Origin: Azolla caroliniana
Taxonomy: Eukaryota; Plantae; Polypodiophyta
Reading direction: 5' to 3'
Assembly: GCA_043228905.1 (NCBI GenBank)
Contig: JBHGNT010000012.1
Location: 13,640,001-13,704,000 of the forward strand
Length of the DNA stretch: 64,000 bases
Shown here: piece after piece, positions 25,292-40,934 of the stretch
Numbering within the stretch: the stretch's first letter is position 1
Layout: the number at the start of each line of letters is the position of its first letter
Position numbers and translations under genes: made by a program
The notes under the pieces: generated by a model
Databases searched by the model: none
What the model saw: the letters and a program-made list of their open reading frames with translations, nothing else
Told to the model about the DNA's origin: nothing

Positions 25292-28200
25292 CTAACCGGA
25301 CTGGTTTGTCGTTACGCCCATCTGATGTCGAAGGGACCGAAAGCGGTCTGCCGAAAGACACTTGGTCATTCCATCTGCGACATTGTCGGTTGTGGATATT
25401 TTCTCTAGACCGATTTTCCCTGAAATGACGCAGTCCCGAACGAAGTGATATCGAACGTCGATATGTTTGGAGGCGTTGTGGTGAACCGGAGTTCTCGACA
25501 AGGCAACAGCACCTTGACTGTCGCTATAGACAACTGGAGCCGAGTCATGGTCGACTTGCCGAAACGTGTGCGCCAGCCGGCCGAGCCACAAAGCTTCTTT
25601 TGCAGCGTCGGACGCAGCTACATATTCTGCTTCGGTCGTTGAGGTCGCTGTGCACTCCTGAAGTTTCGACTTCCACGACATTGCTCCATTGCCGAATTTG
25701 AAGCAGTATCCGGTTGTTGATTTCCGACTGTCTATACAGCCGGCGAAGTCCGAGTCGGTTTAACCGACTACGCCTGAGGTTGAGTTCGGACCGAAAAGAA
25801 TGCCGTGGTCTTTTGTGCCAGCCAGATATTTGAACACATGCTTGACTGCGTTCCAATGCGATCGGCCAGGATTGTGCATAAATCTGCTAACGACTCCTAC
25901 GGCATGAGAAATATCAGGCCGTGTCGCGACCATCAGGTACATAAGGGAGCCGACTGCCGGTGCATACGGTACCGACTTCATATCTTCCCCCTCCAGACCG
26001 GATGTCGGGCAGTCTCGCTGAGAGAGCCGAAGATTCATGGGGAGCGGGGTTGAAGCAGATTTGGCTGATTGCATGTTGAAGCGTTCCAAGACACATCTGA
26101 TATAGTCGGTCTGAGACAAAAAAAGATGTCGTTTATCGCGATGCCGACTAATCTTCATGCCAAGTATGTGTCGTGCCGGACCGAGGTCCTTCATGGCAAA
26201 CTTCAACCGCAATTGCCGAATGAGATCGGCAAGTTCGCCCGCGTGGCGTCCAGAAATTAGCATGTCGTCCACGTAAATGATGAGGAAGATGGGTGATCCA
26301 TCTTGAGCTGTGTTGGTAAAAAGACAATGGTCCTCATCGCTTTTTGAGAAGCCGATCGATTGGATGAAGTCGTCGAACTTCTTGTACCATTGTCGCGGTG
26401 CCTGTTTGAGGCCGTATAGACTCTTCCTGAGTCGGCAGACTAGATGTTCTTGGCCAGTTGCCACGAAGCCTTTTGGCTGCTCCATATAAATTTCCTCTTC
26501 AAGATCACCATGGAGGAAGGCTGTTTTGACATCTAGCTGAATCAGCTCCAAGTTGTTGGCTGCCACTACGCCGAGTAGAAAACGAAGGGTTGTCATTTTC
26601 ACCACTGGTGAAAAAATCTCGTCGAAGTCGACGCCATATTCTTGTCGGAAGCCCTTCGCAACTAATCTGGCCTTGTACTTTGGGGTGGTCGAATCAGACG
26701 TCTCTTTTAGTCGATAAACCCACTTGCAAGGAAGAGCACGTCGATTCTTCGGTAATTCGACCAGATCCCAAGTCTTGTTTGCCCGAATGGAGTGCATTTC
26801 CGACTCCATCGCCAGATGCCAGGTGGCTGAATCGACAGATGTCGATGCTTCTTCGTAAGACGTCGGTTCGCCGGCGTCGGTGAAGAAAATTCCAGGAGAA
26901 TACCTCTCCGGAGGTTGCGATAGTCTCTCGGATCGTCGAGGAATGATTGGACTGGTCGCATCGGGTATCGAGGTCGGATGGTCCGAAAGCGAATTATTCT
27001 GCTGTGCCGAGTCAGAGTTGTCCGAGTCGGTGGTGTAAGGTTCAGCTACCCGTGAAGCTGACCGTGTGTTAAGAGCGGGGCCTTCTTGAAGGGTCGGCAC
27101 ATCGGAAAATGTTACCCTTCGGACTTCGATCGGTTTTTCGACTGATGGATTCATAGCCGACTCGTTGAACACAACGTCCGAACTTCGAACGATTTGTCTG
27201 CGTTCGGGGTCCCAGAGTCGGTATCCCATTTCGCCGTCTGATCCATATCCAAGGAAAATGCATTTCCTGGACCGAGGTGCAAGTTTTCGGCGATCATCTT
27301 TCGGAATAAGGGCGTACGCCTCGCATCCGAAGATCCTCAGCTTGTCGTAATTCGGCTTACTGCCGATCCATAGTTCCTGAGGAATTTGAAGTCCTAGAGG
27401 TCTGCTTGGCGACATATTGATTATGTGTACTGCCGTGAGTAGAGCCTCTGCCCAGAAGCCATCCGACAGTCCGGAGTGTTGGAGCATGGAAACTATCCGT
27501 TCTTGGATTGTCCGATTCATGCGTTCTGCAATCCCGTTTTGCTCCGGACTGTGTGGTGCCGTAAATTCACGTCGGATGCCGCGTTGTCGGCAGAATGTGA
27601 CGAATTCTTCTGATTTGAACTCTCCCCCATTGTCGGTCCGAAAGCATTTCAGTTTTCGGTCGGTTTGATTTTCTACCATAGCGAGCCAATCGGAGAAGAT
27701 CGAGAAGACACGATCTTTGGTGCGAAATTGATAAGCCCACACCTTTCGAGTCGAATCGTCAATAAAACTGACGAAGTAAGAGGCACCGCCGAGAGACTGA
27801 TGCGGCATTGGGCCACAGACGTCCGAGTGGACTAAATCGAGAGGTCTCGTTTCTCTTGGTGCTGATGTCGGGTGTGATGCGGCTGCTTGTTTGCCATACT
27901 GGCAATGTTCGCAGAATTGATGATCCGAGAAGGAGAGTTTAGGGATGTATCCGGCTCTAGATAGGTGCGTAATGCCGGCCTTGCTGAGGTGTCCTAATCT
28001 TCTGTGCCATAGTGATGACACAGGAATATCCACCAAAAACAGGTTACCCTCTCTGAGCGTAACATGTAACGGATACAGTGAGTGTATCTTGGGTCCTCTA
28101 GCAAGCAGGAGGTTCCCCCTGTGGAGTGTCCACCCTCCCGAAGAAAACCCGGCACGAATGCCGTCTTCATCTAGTTGTCCGACTGAGATCAATGGCCTTG

Positions 28201-29297
28201 AGAGCTCGGGTACATGTCGGACATTGTGAAGTACAAGTGTAGAGCCACCTGCAAGGTTGAGCTCTACTGTGCCGATTCCAATGATGTCACAGTGTTGCGA
28301 GTTGCCGACTCGAACTGAGTCGGAGTGACGGATCGTATATTGCCGAAATTGGGATCGATGAGGAGTCACGTGAAATGACGCGCCCGAATCTAAGAGCCAT
28401 GTGCTCGATTCTTCAGTCGTGAGCAGAACTTCTGATCCGACTGGATTTTCGATTGATAGTATATTCGGGTCGTTTGGTAGCACATCAGCTGAGAAGCTGA
28501 CGTAATTGATCTCCTCATGCCGGCCACTCTTCTTGTCTGATTTCTGAGACTTGTCATTCTTGTTCTTGAGTGCGCGGCAGTCGGCTTTGATGTGTCCGGG
28601 TTTCTTGCAATAGTTGCAGATTCGATTATCCCGTGACTGGCTCCGTCTTCGCTGATTGTTCGGCTGTCGTGAGGAATCTCTTCCTCGTATGTTCGATCGG
28701 TCTGTCGAACCTTGTACTACATAAGCGTCGTCTGTTGAGTCTTTGGCGAAAGACTTTCTCCGAGCTGCTTCGGTCAGGATTGCGCTCGTGACTTCGGAGT
28801 ATTTAACAGCCGTGGTTGACGCGTTGCTCATGAGTATCATTGCTCATGAGTATCATTGCTCTGAGTTCATCCTCGATTGCCGTCCCTTGAGATGAGATTT
28901 GGGAGCTAATGCTTTCGTACTCATTGAGATGTGTTTGAACCGAATCTGATTCTTTCATCCGCAAGTTGTAGAGGCGCCGGATCAGAAACATCTTTGTTGC
29001 AGCGACCTTCTTTTCGTAGGTGTCCGACAGTGTTTTCCACAGTTCGAATGCTGTCGTACACGATTGCACCGTAAAGTATACCGATTCCGATAGGTGCATC
29101 CGAATCGTGGCGCGGACGATTCTGTCCAGCTTCTGCCACTCAATTGGTTTGTATCCTTCTGGAGGTTCTTCATTTTCGATGGGATCAATTTGCCCCTTGA
29201 CTATTAGATAGTCCTGCATTTGCTCCTTCCAGAAGTTGAAGTTTGATCCATCGAACTTTCGTAGACTCATTTCTGACGAGCCGGATGTTGATGCCAT
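25292..29297 (-). pseudogene. Copia B gag-pol with two frameshifts
   Basis: ORFs 28803-29300, 25760-28840 and 25292-25681; 16-bp duplication at 28825-28856; 1-bp deletion at about 25761. Confidence 0.9.
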
Positions 29298-30625
29298 CAA
29301 ATTTGGTTTCGGTTGACGAAGCTCGGTTCGGAGTTGACTACGAACCTTGTTGGAGTGCAGCCGGTTGGCTCACCCGATATCGTTCTAGTCGGATTTGAAC
29401 CCGAGTCGGTTTGGCTTCGGATATATGTATTGTTGAACTTGCTCGAATTGACTCCGGTAACTTGAGGGACAGAACCGACTGGTCTTCCCGAATGTTGCCG
29501 AGTCGGAGTGAGCCCGGTTCGCTTTCGAATATATATGCCAAATACCGATTATTGAAACCGATTGTCTGGACCGATTCTGCTTCGGGTGACTGCAGCGACG
29601 AGAGAGACGGATCCAACTGATCCTCCCGAATGTCGATCAACCGGATGAAGCACGAATTGGGGTTGTTGTCTTGAGACCGATCTGCACCGAGTGGTTACAA
29701 TGAGCAGCGAGCAGCGTTTGATGACCTCTTCGGATGCCGTTTAACCGAGTGGAGCACGATCGTGTCAATGTTGCGCAAGGGGATTTCACCTCGAGTGGTT
29801 ACGATCACAAGGAACAGAGTACAACCTGCTGGCTTACTCCAAGCGAAGATGATCTAACTCGATGAGATGCAAGCCTCGTTTTTCTTCTTCTTCTCTCTTC
29901 TTCGAATGACGCAAGAAACCGAATGCTGAGACGACGGCCGACAGCGGGATGAAGGACCGAATACTGTGCAGGCTCTGATACCAGATGTAGGAGACAAGGC
30001 CGTGTCGATGCGGAAGATCAAGTAGCATTCGATTGGAGTTGAGTACCTGCGTATGACAGTTTCCAAGATCGTGCACAGAGATAGAGAGAGAGAGAGAGAG
30101 GAGGCACAAGAATCTTTCTATTCAATAGAAACAATAATACAACCAACCATACAAAAAGGTTATTAGGTCACTTTATATAGTGACCGACTTAGGGCAACTA
30201 CCATTTATGCTAATTACACAAATGGCCCAAACTTGAGCTATACAAAGGGATAGTGTGAATACGTCCATTATACACTTGTATTCGACACTCCATTTCTGCC
30301 AAAAGAGTAAACAAGCAGTGACCACGTCATTGGAGTGGCTCCAAACCTTGTCCATCTGCCCTCGTCGGCGGAGATTTGAGTTCAATGACAAGTGAGGGTG
30401 AAAGAGTAAAGTGTTGATATGTGTGTAAATGTGCACAAGTATAATTGTGAGTATGAGTAGATACGTATGTGAACGCATGCACACGTGTGTGCATGTGGAC
30501 AGATAAGAAGAGGTGTGAGTGAGTGATTAGTGTGAATGGCTAGGGTTCTTGCACCCCTATGTATCTAACCTTATTGTAACTATTTAACCCCCTCTTGGGG
30601 AATGAATGAATAAGAAAAAAGTACT

Positions 30626-30633
30626 TCTCTCTC

Positions 30634-30692
<59 letters not shown>
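30626..30692. repeat. (CT)n microsatellite
   Basis: CT run with one short interruption. Confidence 0.95.
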
Positions 30693-30694
<2 letters not shown>

Positions 30695-30799
30695 CGGAAA
30701 GATGATGTGTTATGGTTCTCTTTCACATATGTCTCCCTTCTTTACAATTGAAGATATATGCATAAGACTTAAGAATTTGGCCTCTCGAAAGGCAATCGA

Positions 30800-32943
30800 T
30801 CTTCAATGTATAAACGCTTAAATGCTCAAATGGACGGGAAAGGAAACACATGTACGGATAAGGGATATGTTTAATGATGCATTACAACATGGTATGTCGT
30901 ATCATTGGACAACAAATTGGATCAACCTTTACATAAAGGTGGAGATGTAAATAATGTAAACAACTATCGAACCATCATGGTTGGCTCATTAATGGCAAAA
31001 CTATTTGGATGTATAATGGACTCAAAGATAAGTGTATGCTGAAAAAAATGGTAAGAAAGCTTATGGACAAGCTGGCTTTTGAAAACACCATAGCACCATT
31101 GATCACCTTGTCACCCATCAAGTATTAATGGAGGAAAGTCGCCTTAGAGGTAAAGGTTTATATTGTTGCTTTGTAGTCTTCAAAAAAGCTTTTGATAAGC
31201 ACTAAGGCATATTTGGTCATCTTTAGAGAATAATTCAACTGGCAGTAGCTGAACTTTACCTAGTTGGTTGCTTTAGGGGATTAATTCCCTTATTCTCTAT
31301 CGTGAACAAATGTCCGCCCCCTTTCCCCTCTGAGATTATGAGAAATGGTACCTCGTGAGCATCTTTGGAGGTGAATGGAAGAACTTGAGGTGCCAAGTGA
31401 ATATATATGCTTGCAATTTCCCGAATTTATGAGATGGTTATACGTTGTGTGCGTATGAGAGATAGACTTTCAGAATTTTCCAAAAGCACTATTGGTGTTA
31501 AGCAAGGATGCCCACTTTCACCAACACTATTTGGTCTATGCATTGATGAATTGGAAGAAATGGTTACCAAGTTTGTAAAGGAAGAATGTGTTGAACAAGT
31601 TGCCATTGGGAATGTTATGATTATGCTTTTGCTATATGCGGATAATTTAGTGCTTTTTGCAAATACTTTAGGAGATGCACAAAAGCTTATGACGGCATTG
31701 GAAAATTTTTGCATGCATACTAAATTAAGTGTCAATAACTCTAAAACAAAGATTATGCTTGTGAAGAGCCAAAAAAGAGATAAACCATGCATTATGTACA
31801 ATGAGCCACTTGAATGTGTGGAAACCTTCAAATAGCTTGGCCTTGAAGTTCCTTCAAATCATAGATGGAATGAATGTGCTACACGCCGCTTAGAGGCGGG
31901 TAAGCGAGCATACTACGCATTTGAGAACACATGCAATCTTGGAGATATTAAGTGTTGGGTCCTCAAGAAATATCTTTTCGACACTTTGGTGACACCGGTT
32001 CTTCTCTAGGGGGTGAAAGTATAGGCGGTAGGATCCCTAAATCTATGTGGAAAGAGTTTGAAAATGTCCAAAAAACATTTTCTTACAAAGTTTCTACAAG
32101 TTAAGAAACAAACGCCCTACACCCTCCTCCTCCTTGAGACAGGATCACTTCCCATTAAGATCATGGTCATGGAAAGGGTTGTTGAATACATGCTTAAGGT
32201 TCAAAAATGTCCCTCACATCAACTTCCTAGAATTGCATGGGAGGCAAGCAAAAAGATCCAAAAGACATATAAAAGCAAATTTTTGTGTTCCGGTTGGATG
32301 CAAGATATAGAAAAATGGTTTGGTAGATGGGATGCAAGACACTTGGTTCATGATGCATCACTAGATTCCTGAATAAATGAGGCCTTTTTGCAATGCCAAT
32401 GTATCATGACATGGGACAAATGTGGAGGTTCACGCTTCATACATACTACACATGTTGCACCTAACTACAAAACCATATTTTTGGTGGAATGGGGAAACCG
32501 TACACATTGATACATGTTAGAGCCCATCCCGTTATCTGCCATTCGAACCATTGCTTCCATCCGACTTAGCTCATGTGCATTGCGATGTGAGACGGGGAGT
32601 TGGGGCACAAGTGATGAGAGTGGCCGGCTATGCACACTTTGCCCTAAACAAGTTCGAGAGTCTGAGTATCACACTTCGATACAATGCTCTTCCTTTGATC
32701 ATATTCGACCATGCTTTCCGTATCTCTTTTACCGATCCCAATTCTTGCATGAATTTCTCTCACAACCACATTGTGCACTCTCAATTGCAACATTCATTGG
32801 TAAAGTTCTTGAACATCGAGAGTCGCTACTCACTTTCACACGTATCACATGAAATGTAATATTTTTGGTCTTCATGGGCCAATTTTGGCCTTAGAAGACA
32901 TTAATATTTCTTTCTTTCTTTCTCTCTCTCTCTCTCTCTCTCT
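30800..32943 (+). mobile_element. 5'-truncated RTE-like LINE with (TTTC)n/(CT)n tail
   Basis: NYRTIMVG, FKKAFD, IGVKQGCPLSPTLF, LLYADNLVL, C-terminal RLCTLC..H..IQC; about 150-bp insertion at 31197-31344. Confidence 0.88.
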
Positions 32944-33119
32944 CACATTGAACCCCCTTGGGAGGGGGGTGGAGCCATTCTAGGCACCACCCCCCACCCC
33001 GCAATGCTTATCTCCATCATCATCTACATTCATCAACAATCATCATCGCTAACCCTATTTCCATCTTCATGATCATCATTAACCACCCTAACCCTAAACC
33101 TATAACAACATCCTCAATT

Positions 33120-34316
33120 TGATGGATAGACGACGGTTAAATCAAATTATTGAGTACATGCTTCGAGCATACGTTGCTACGAAGCCAATAAAATGGGAAC
33201 GTTATCTCCCAATTCCAGAGTTTTCTTATAACAGCTCCAAGTATACATCAATAAGATATAGTCCTTTTATGTTGATGTATGGCTTTCAGCCATGAGCCTT
33301 GATTGATTAGTATAATTCATGATGAGTTGTGAAGTACACAAAACTATCTAAGAGATCTGCAAGATATGTTATTATTGCACGAGATCAAATAAAAACAGCT
33401 CAAGATAGAGCATGTTCTTATGCCGACCACAATAGGCAACCTTATGCATTCAACATTGGACAGAAGTTATTTTTGCAAGTACCTCATTATTCGAAGACGT
33501 TATGTACGAATAAGTGTGCTAAGTTAGCCCCACGGTTTTGTGAACCTTTCATAGTCCTCAAATGCATTGGACCTATTGTACATCTCTTCTTGATGGTGTC
33601 GAAATCCATCTGGTTTTTCATGTAAGTCGCCTAAAAGAACATCTTGGTTTTGGTGATAATACAGTTACATTTGAAACTCTAGTTACTTCTAAAGATTTAG
33701 CTTTAAAACCACATGTATAAGAGAAAAATCTCTATGTTAGAATAAAATATTTGTGTTCTAAAACAATCTAAGAATTTAAAATTAAATGGATGGAGAAGTT
33801 TATAAAAGATGCTACATGGGAATGAGAAAATACCCTTAAAATGAACTTCCCTAAATTTTCATTGCAAGAGTGCAATGTTTTAAAGAGGTGGAGTATGTTA
33901 TAGGCATGACCATGATTTATCCCGTGGTAGTTTGTACGTTGTTTTCTACACACAAGGATAAAGTGTGAGGGTGAGCGTGAGGGAGGATTACTTTCAATTC
34001 TAGGAATTAAGTCAACCCGTAAGGGCCAAGTGTGAACTTGCCTAGGGGCATTAGGTCTGACTATAAATATGAGATCTAACTAACCTCATTAGACACATTA
34101 TTCGACTATGTAAAGATTGTGATCTTGTGGTGAACAAATTGTTGTAGTGAGCATGCCAATACTAGGTATGACTCGATGCCAATCAAGGCTCTAGTTCATC
34201 TTGATCCCTTCACTTGGGGATGATTGAGTGGATCAACACCCTTCTTTGTCTTTCGTTTCTTATCTATCTACCTTATATTTCCTTGTTTTATGCTTACATT
34301 AGGAATGATCTATAGC
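33120..34316 (+). mobile_element. Degenerate Ty3/Gypsy chromovirus 3' end: integrase, chromodomain, PPT, LTR (~33896-34316)
   Basis: KLAPRFCEPF, VFHVSRLK, FKIKW..DATWE; purine tract AAGAGGTGGAG just before TGTTA. Confidence 0.7.
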
Positions 34317-34680
34317 ACTTGACAAACATTTATGCAAAGCAAAGTAGAAATCCAAAAGGTTTGAAAACCGAAAACCCTTGCATGCACAGTCTACATGCAT
34401 CCAAGAATCTAAATCCTAAAACTAGATTTCAACAACATTTTACCAATCCACAACTCTTCCTAATAGAACCCAACATTTCACCCAACCCAAAACCCTATAC
34501 ATCAATCATGAAGCATTCATGTACAATCAAAATGCACGACCTTTGATACTTACATTGGAAACACCTTGATTGTGTGAACTTAATAATGAATGACTTCTTG
34601 TTTAAACACTTGGTATTTTGGCAAATAAGGATATGCGTGCTTCCGTTTTAATTGGACTTCTATGCTTCATCTATTAGTGA

Positions 34681-34716
<36 letters not shown>

Positions 34717-35949
34717 TTATACAAAACCTCAAATGTTTCTTACTTCGACCTCAAAACTTGAGATATGGAACACTAAAATCCATTTTTAGAGATGATGCAT
34801 TCCACAATTCTTTGAAACAAAACGAAACATTTCACCCAGCCCAAAACCATAAATATGAATTTGGAATTATTCTAGAAGACAAAAGCGTATGCGCTGGACA
34901 GATAATAAACCTATAAAATGCATACAAGATCAAGTGCAAGTTCAACCCTTCTTTCTTCTTCCCGCCTAAACCCAATTGCAACAAGCACGTCGATTCAAAA
35001 TGTGATAGAATGAGCCGACATCAAGGTTTTAGTTGTGTACATTTGGAGTTGAGTTACTTGACAAGCCGTGTTAGTAATGATCTCCACTAGGTTACTCAAC
35101 TAATGAGGTTACTACATCACCACTAGGTTAGTAATATCATGGAAGGACCGAGCCGGGTTAGCCAATGACCTACACCAGTTTACTAGGTTAGTTTGGTTAC
35201 AATGACTGAGCCAGGTTAGTCGGGCTAGCAATCCGATGGAGATTATAATGGGCATGTTAGTTGGGTTACTAATCCAATGGACTTTATAGGGGCCAGGTTA
35301 GCGGGGTTACCAATCCAACGAAGGTTACACACGGTCGGGGTGAGCTAGGTTACCAAAGAGATCGGAATTTACGAGGAGGAAACGTGAGCGATTAGATTAG
35401 CAAAATGATGTTAGGGTAAAATGATCAGACAAGTGCAGATCGCACGCGAGTAGTGAAAGCAGTCAAGCAAGTCTCTTTACGATTGATTGGGTTTGGTGGC
35501 AAATAGACAACCCACCCACCCCCAGTTATGTTATGTTATGTTATGTTATGTTATGTTATATTATGTCCAGGAAGAACTAAGTATGTTATGTATGTATGTA
35601 TGTATCTCTCTCGCTCTCTAGCTTCTATGGGACCGGACGTCCATCCATCCATCCATAGTACGTAAAATTCGTGCTCGTCTGGCATAACATTCGTTTTCTT
35701 ACGTTGGAAAGCGAATGAGAATGTTATTCAAACATTCTTGGTTTTTTTTCCTCCCATTTTTTAAATGTTTTTTTTAGTTTGTTTTCCATTTTTAGGCTTA
35801 TTTACCTCGTAATAAAGAGTTAATCCAAATGTATGGTATTTATCATTCTTTGAGGGTGTTTTTCTTACGCGTATGGTACGTATGGTTCATACTATGCATC
35901 CATCCATCCATCCTTCCTGATTCCTTCCCTCCACCATGATTTCATCTAG

Positions 35950-38941
<2,992 letters not shown>

Positions 38942-39044
38942 TGTTCTGTGAGCCGTTAGAGATTAATTCTTTTCCCTTTTGACCAAGTGTATATAATTAA
39001 AAACAGGGGATTTGAGGAAGATTCACATATATTATGGCAAGAAA

Positions 39045-39460
39045 CACGGGTGCATGGACTCAGCTACAGTTTGGTGAATGAAACACATTCTTCTTCTGTG
39101 TGTATATGTCTGATTTTTCCTGTGCAATTTGGGTTATGATATGGTTCACATATTCTTCTTCAGTGTGTCTATGTCTGATTTTTCCCATGCAATCTGGATT
39201 ATGATATGGTTCACATACATTCTACAATATTTCCTGACCATAACAGTACCTTGGTTCTATATGAGATATAGAACCAATAAACCTGGGTGCATGGATCCAG
39301 CTATGGTTTGACGATGCGAAACACATTCTTCTTCTCTTCGTATCCATCTGATTTTGTACATGCGATCTGAATCATGATATGCCCGATTTACATTTTACAA
39401 TATTCGTTGTTCAGAACAGTACCTTGGGGTTCTATATAAGATATAGAACCAATAAACATG
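39045..39460. repeat. Diverged tandem duplications downstream of the PPR gene
   Basis: GGGTGCATGGA..AAACACATTCTTCTTCT at about 39048 and 39284; AACAGTACCTTGG..AGATATAGAACCAATAAAC twice. Confidence 0.7.
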
Positions 39461-40422
39461 GTACAATTTGTTCAAGGTCTTCCTATTTTAGGCATAGGGA
39501 GAAGTACAATGATGCATGACTTGTGTTTAGAAGTTCTATATTTTATGCTTTCAATGAGGCCACAAAGTTATTGGGAATGGTACAATGATCCATAACCATA
39601 TGGCACATCATTGAACCATATCCGCTCCTTGGATCTCTATTGGGAGATAAAAACAGTAAATCTGGTGCAATATGGTTAAAGTTTTCTAGAGCCTCACCAT
39701 TCTGAACTATAACGTTCATCGTGGTTATGCATGATTTCCGAAGTGGATGGATGGTCTCCAAAAGTTTAAAGGAGACTATTTCACATGGTTTGTGACTGGC
39801 TGCTCCTGATTCTCTTAATAGGTGAAGGTCCGGTCCTGATATTTAATGACATTATTGCATGAATTGGAATATTTTAAGGATGTACATGAAAGACAAACAC
39901 ATTAAATTGTTTGTCCTAGATTCCCCGTCAAGTGGATGGATGCTTATGAGACCCTGAATGGATAGCCCAATAGCTTACCGCTAAGGTAATGTAATTATGG
40001 AAATAAGAAAAATAAATATAGATAAACGGGAGAAAGAGTTGTCACTTATATTTTAATTCTTTCATTCAAACTTTGATTCACACAAGCTACTACTAGAATC
40101 AAAGCATACATGGGAGAGGTAAGCATGTAAAAGAAAACAAATTCTGAACATTAGAGGCTTTTCTTGTAGCCCCTTTTAAGAAAGTTTGTATAACCACCAA
40201 TTGAATGTAACTATTATGCCGGAACAATAATATGCAAAAATTATAGGAGTACAAAAGATTAAGTTGTGTAAGACCTTACTAAGTAAGACAAGTTTATATT
40301 GAGGTAAATTACCTCTCTTTTCTGTTCCAGTTATAGTTGATATTGTGCTAACTACTAATCTGTATCTCATGTATTTGGTGATGACCCTTTTATGAGGTAG
40401 GGTCATGGATTAAGATTGTGCC

Positions 40423-40934
40423 TAACAATCGGCAACGGTTCGGTTTGAACCGAACCGAACCGCGAAACGCGGTTTAATGGCTAAACGGTTTCAACGGTTC
40501 AGTTTAGGTTTAGGTTTTTTAAACGGTTCGGTTCGTTTTCGGTTTGGTTTCAGCAGTCAAAACCCGCGGTTTAAACGGTTTTTTATTTTTTATTTTTTAT
40601 TTTTTATTTTTAAAAAAATTAAAAATTTTAAAAAAAATCTAAAAGTTTTAAAAATTGTTTTTAAACAATCTTTTCATTTTTACTATTATTCTCACATTTT
40701 AGGAACATCTTAAAAATTTTAAAAATTCTAAATAATGAAATATTATAAATTTAAAAATAAAATAAAATAAATTTGACCTATGTTGAAAACCGAAATCGAA
40801 CCACGAAACCACGGTTTAAAGGTTTAACGGTTCAGTGTAAAAGGTTTCGCGGTTCGGTTCGGTTCAAGTTTCAACATTTTTAAATGGTTCGGTTTGGACC
40901 CTCTCAAACCGAACCGAACCGTTGCCGATTGTTA
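40423..40934. mobile_element. hAT-type MITE (512 bp)
   Basis: TIRs TAACAATCGGCAACGGTTCGGTT; exact 8-bp TSD ATTGTGCC (40415-40422, 40935-40942); subterminal AACCG repeats; AT-rich core. Confidence 0.93.

Larger units (their letters stand above)
19221..30287 (-). mobile_element. Ty1/Copia LTR retrotransposon B (host of nested element C)
   Basis: 302-bp LTRs at 19221-19522 and 29986-30287, identical by eye; TSD CTCCA; PBS 29972-29983; PPT 19523. Confidence 0.97.
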
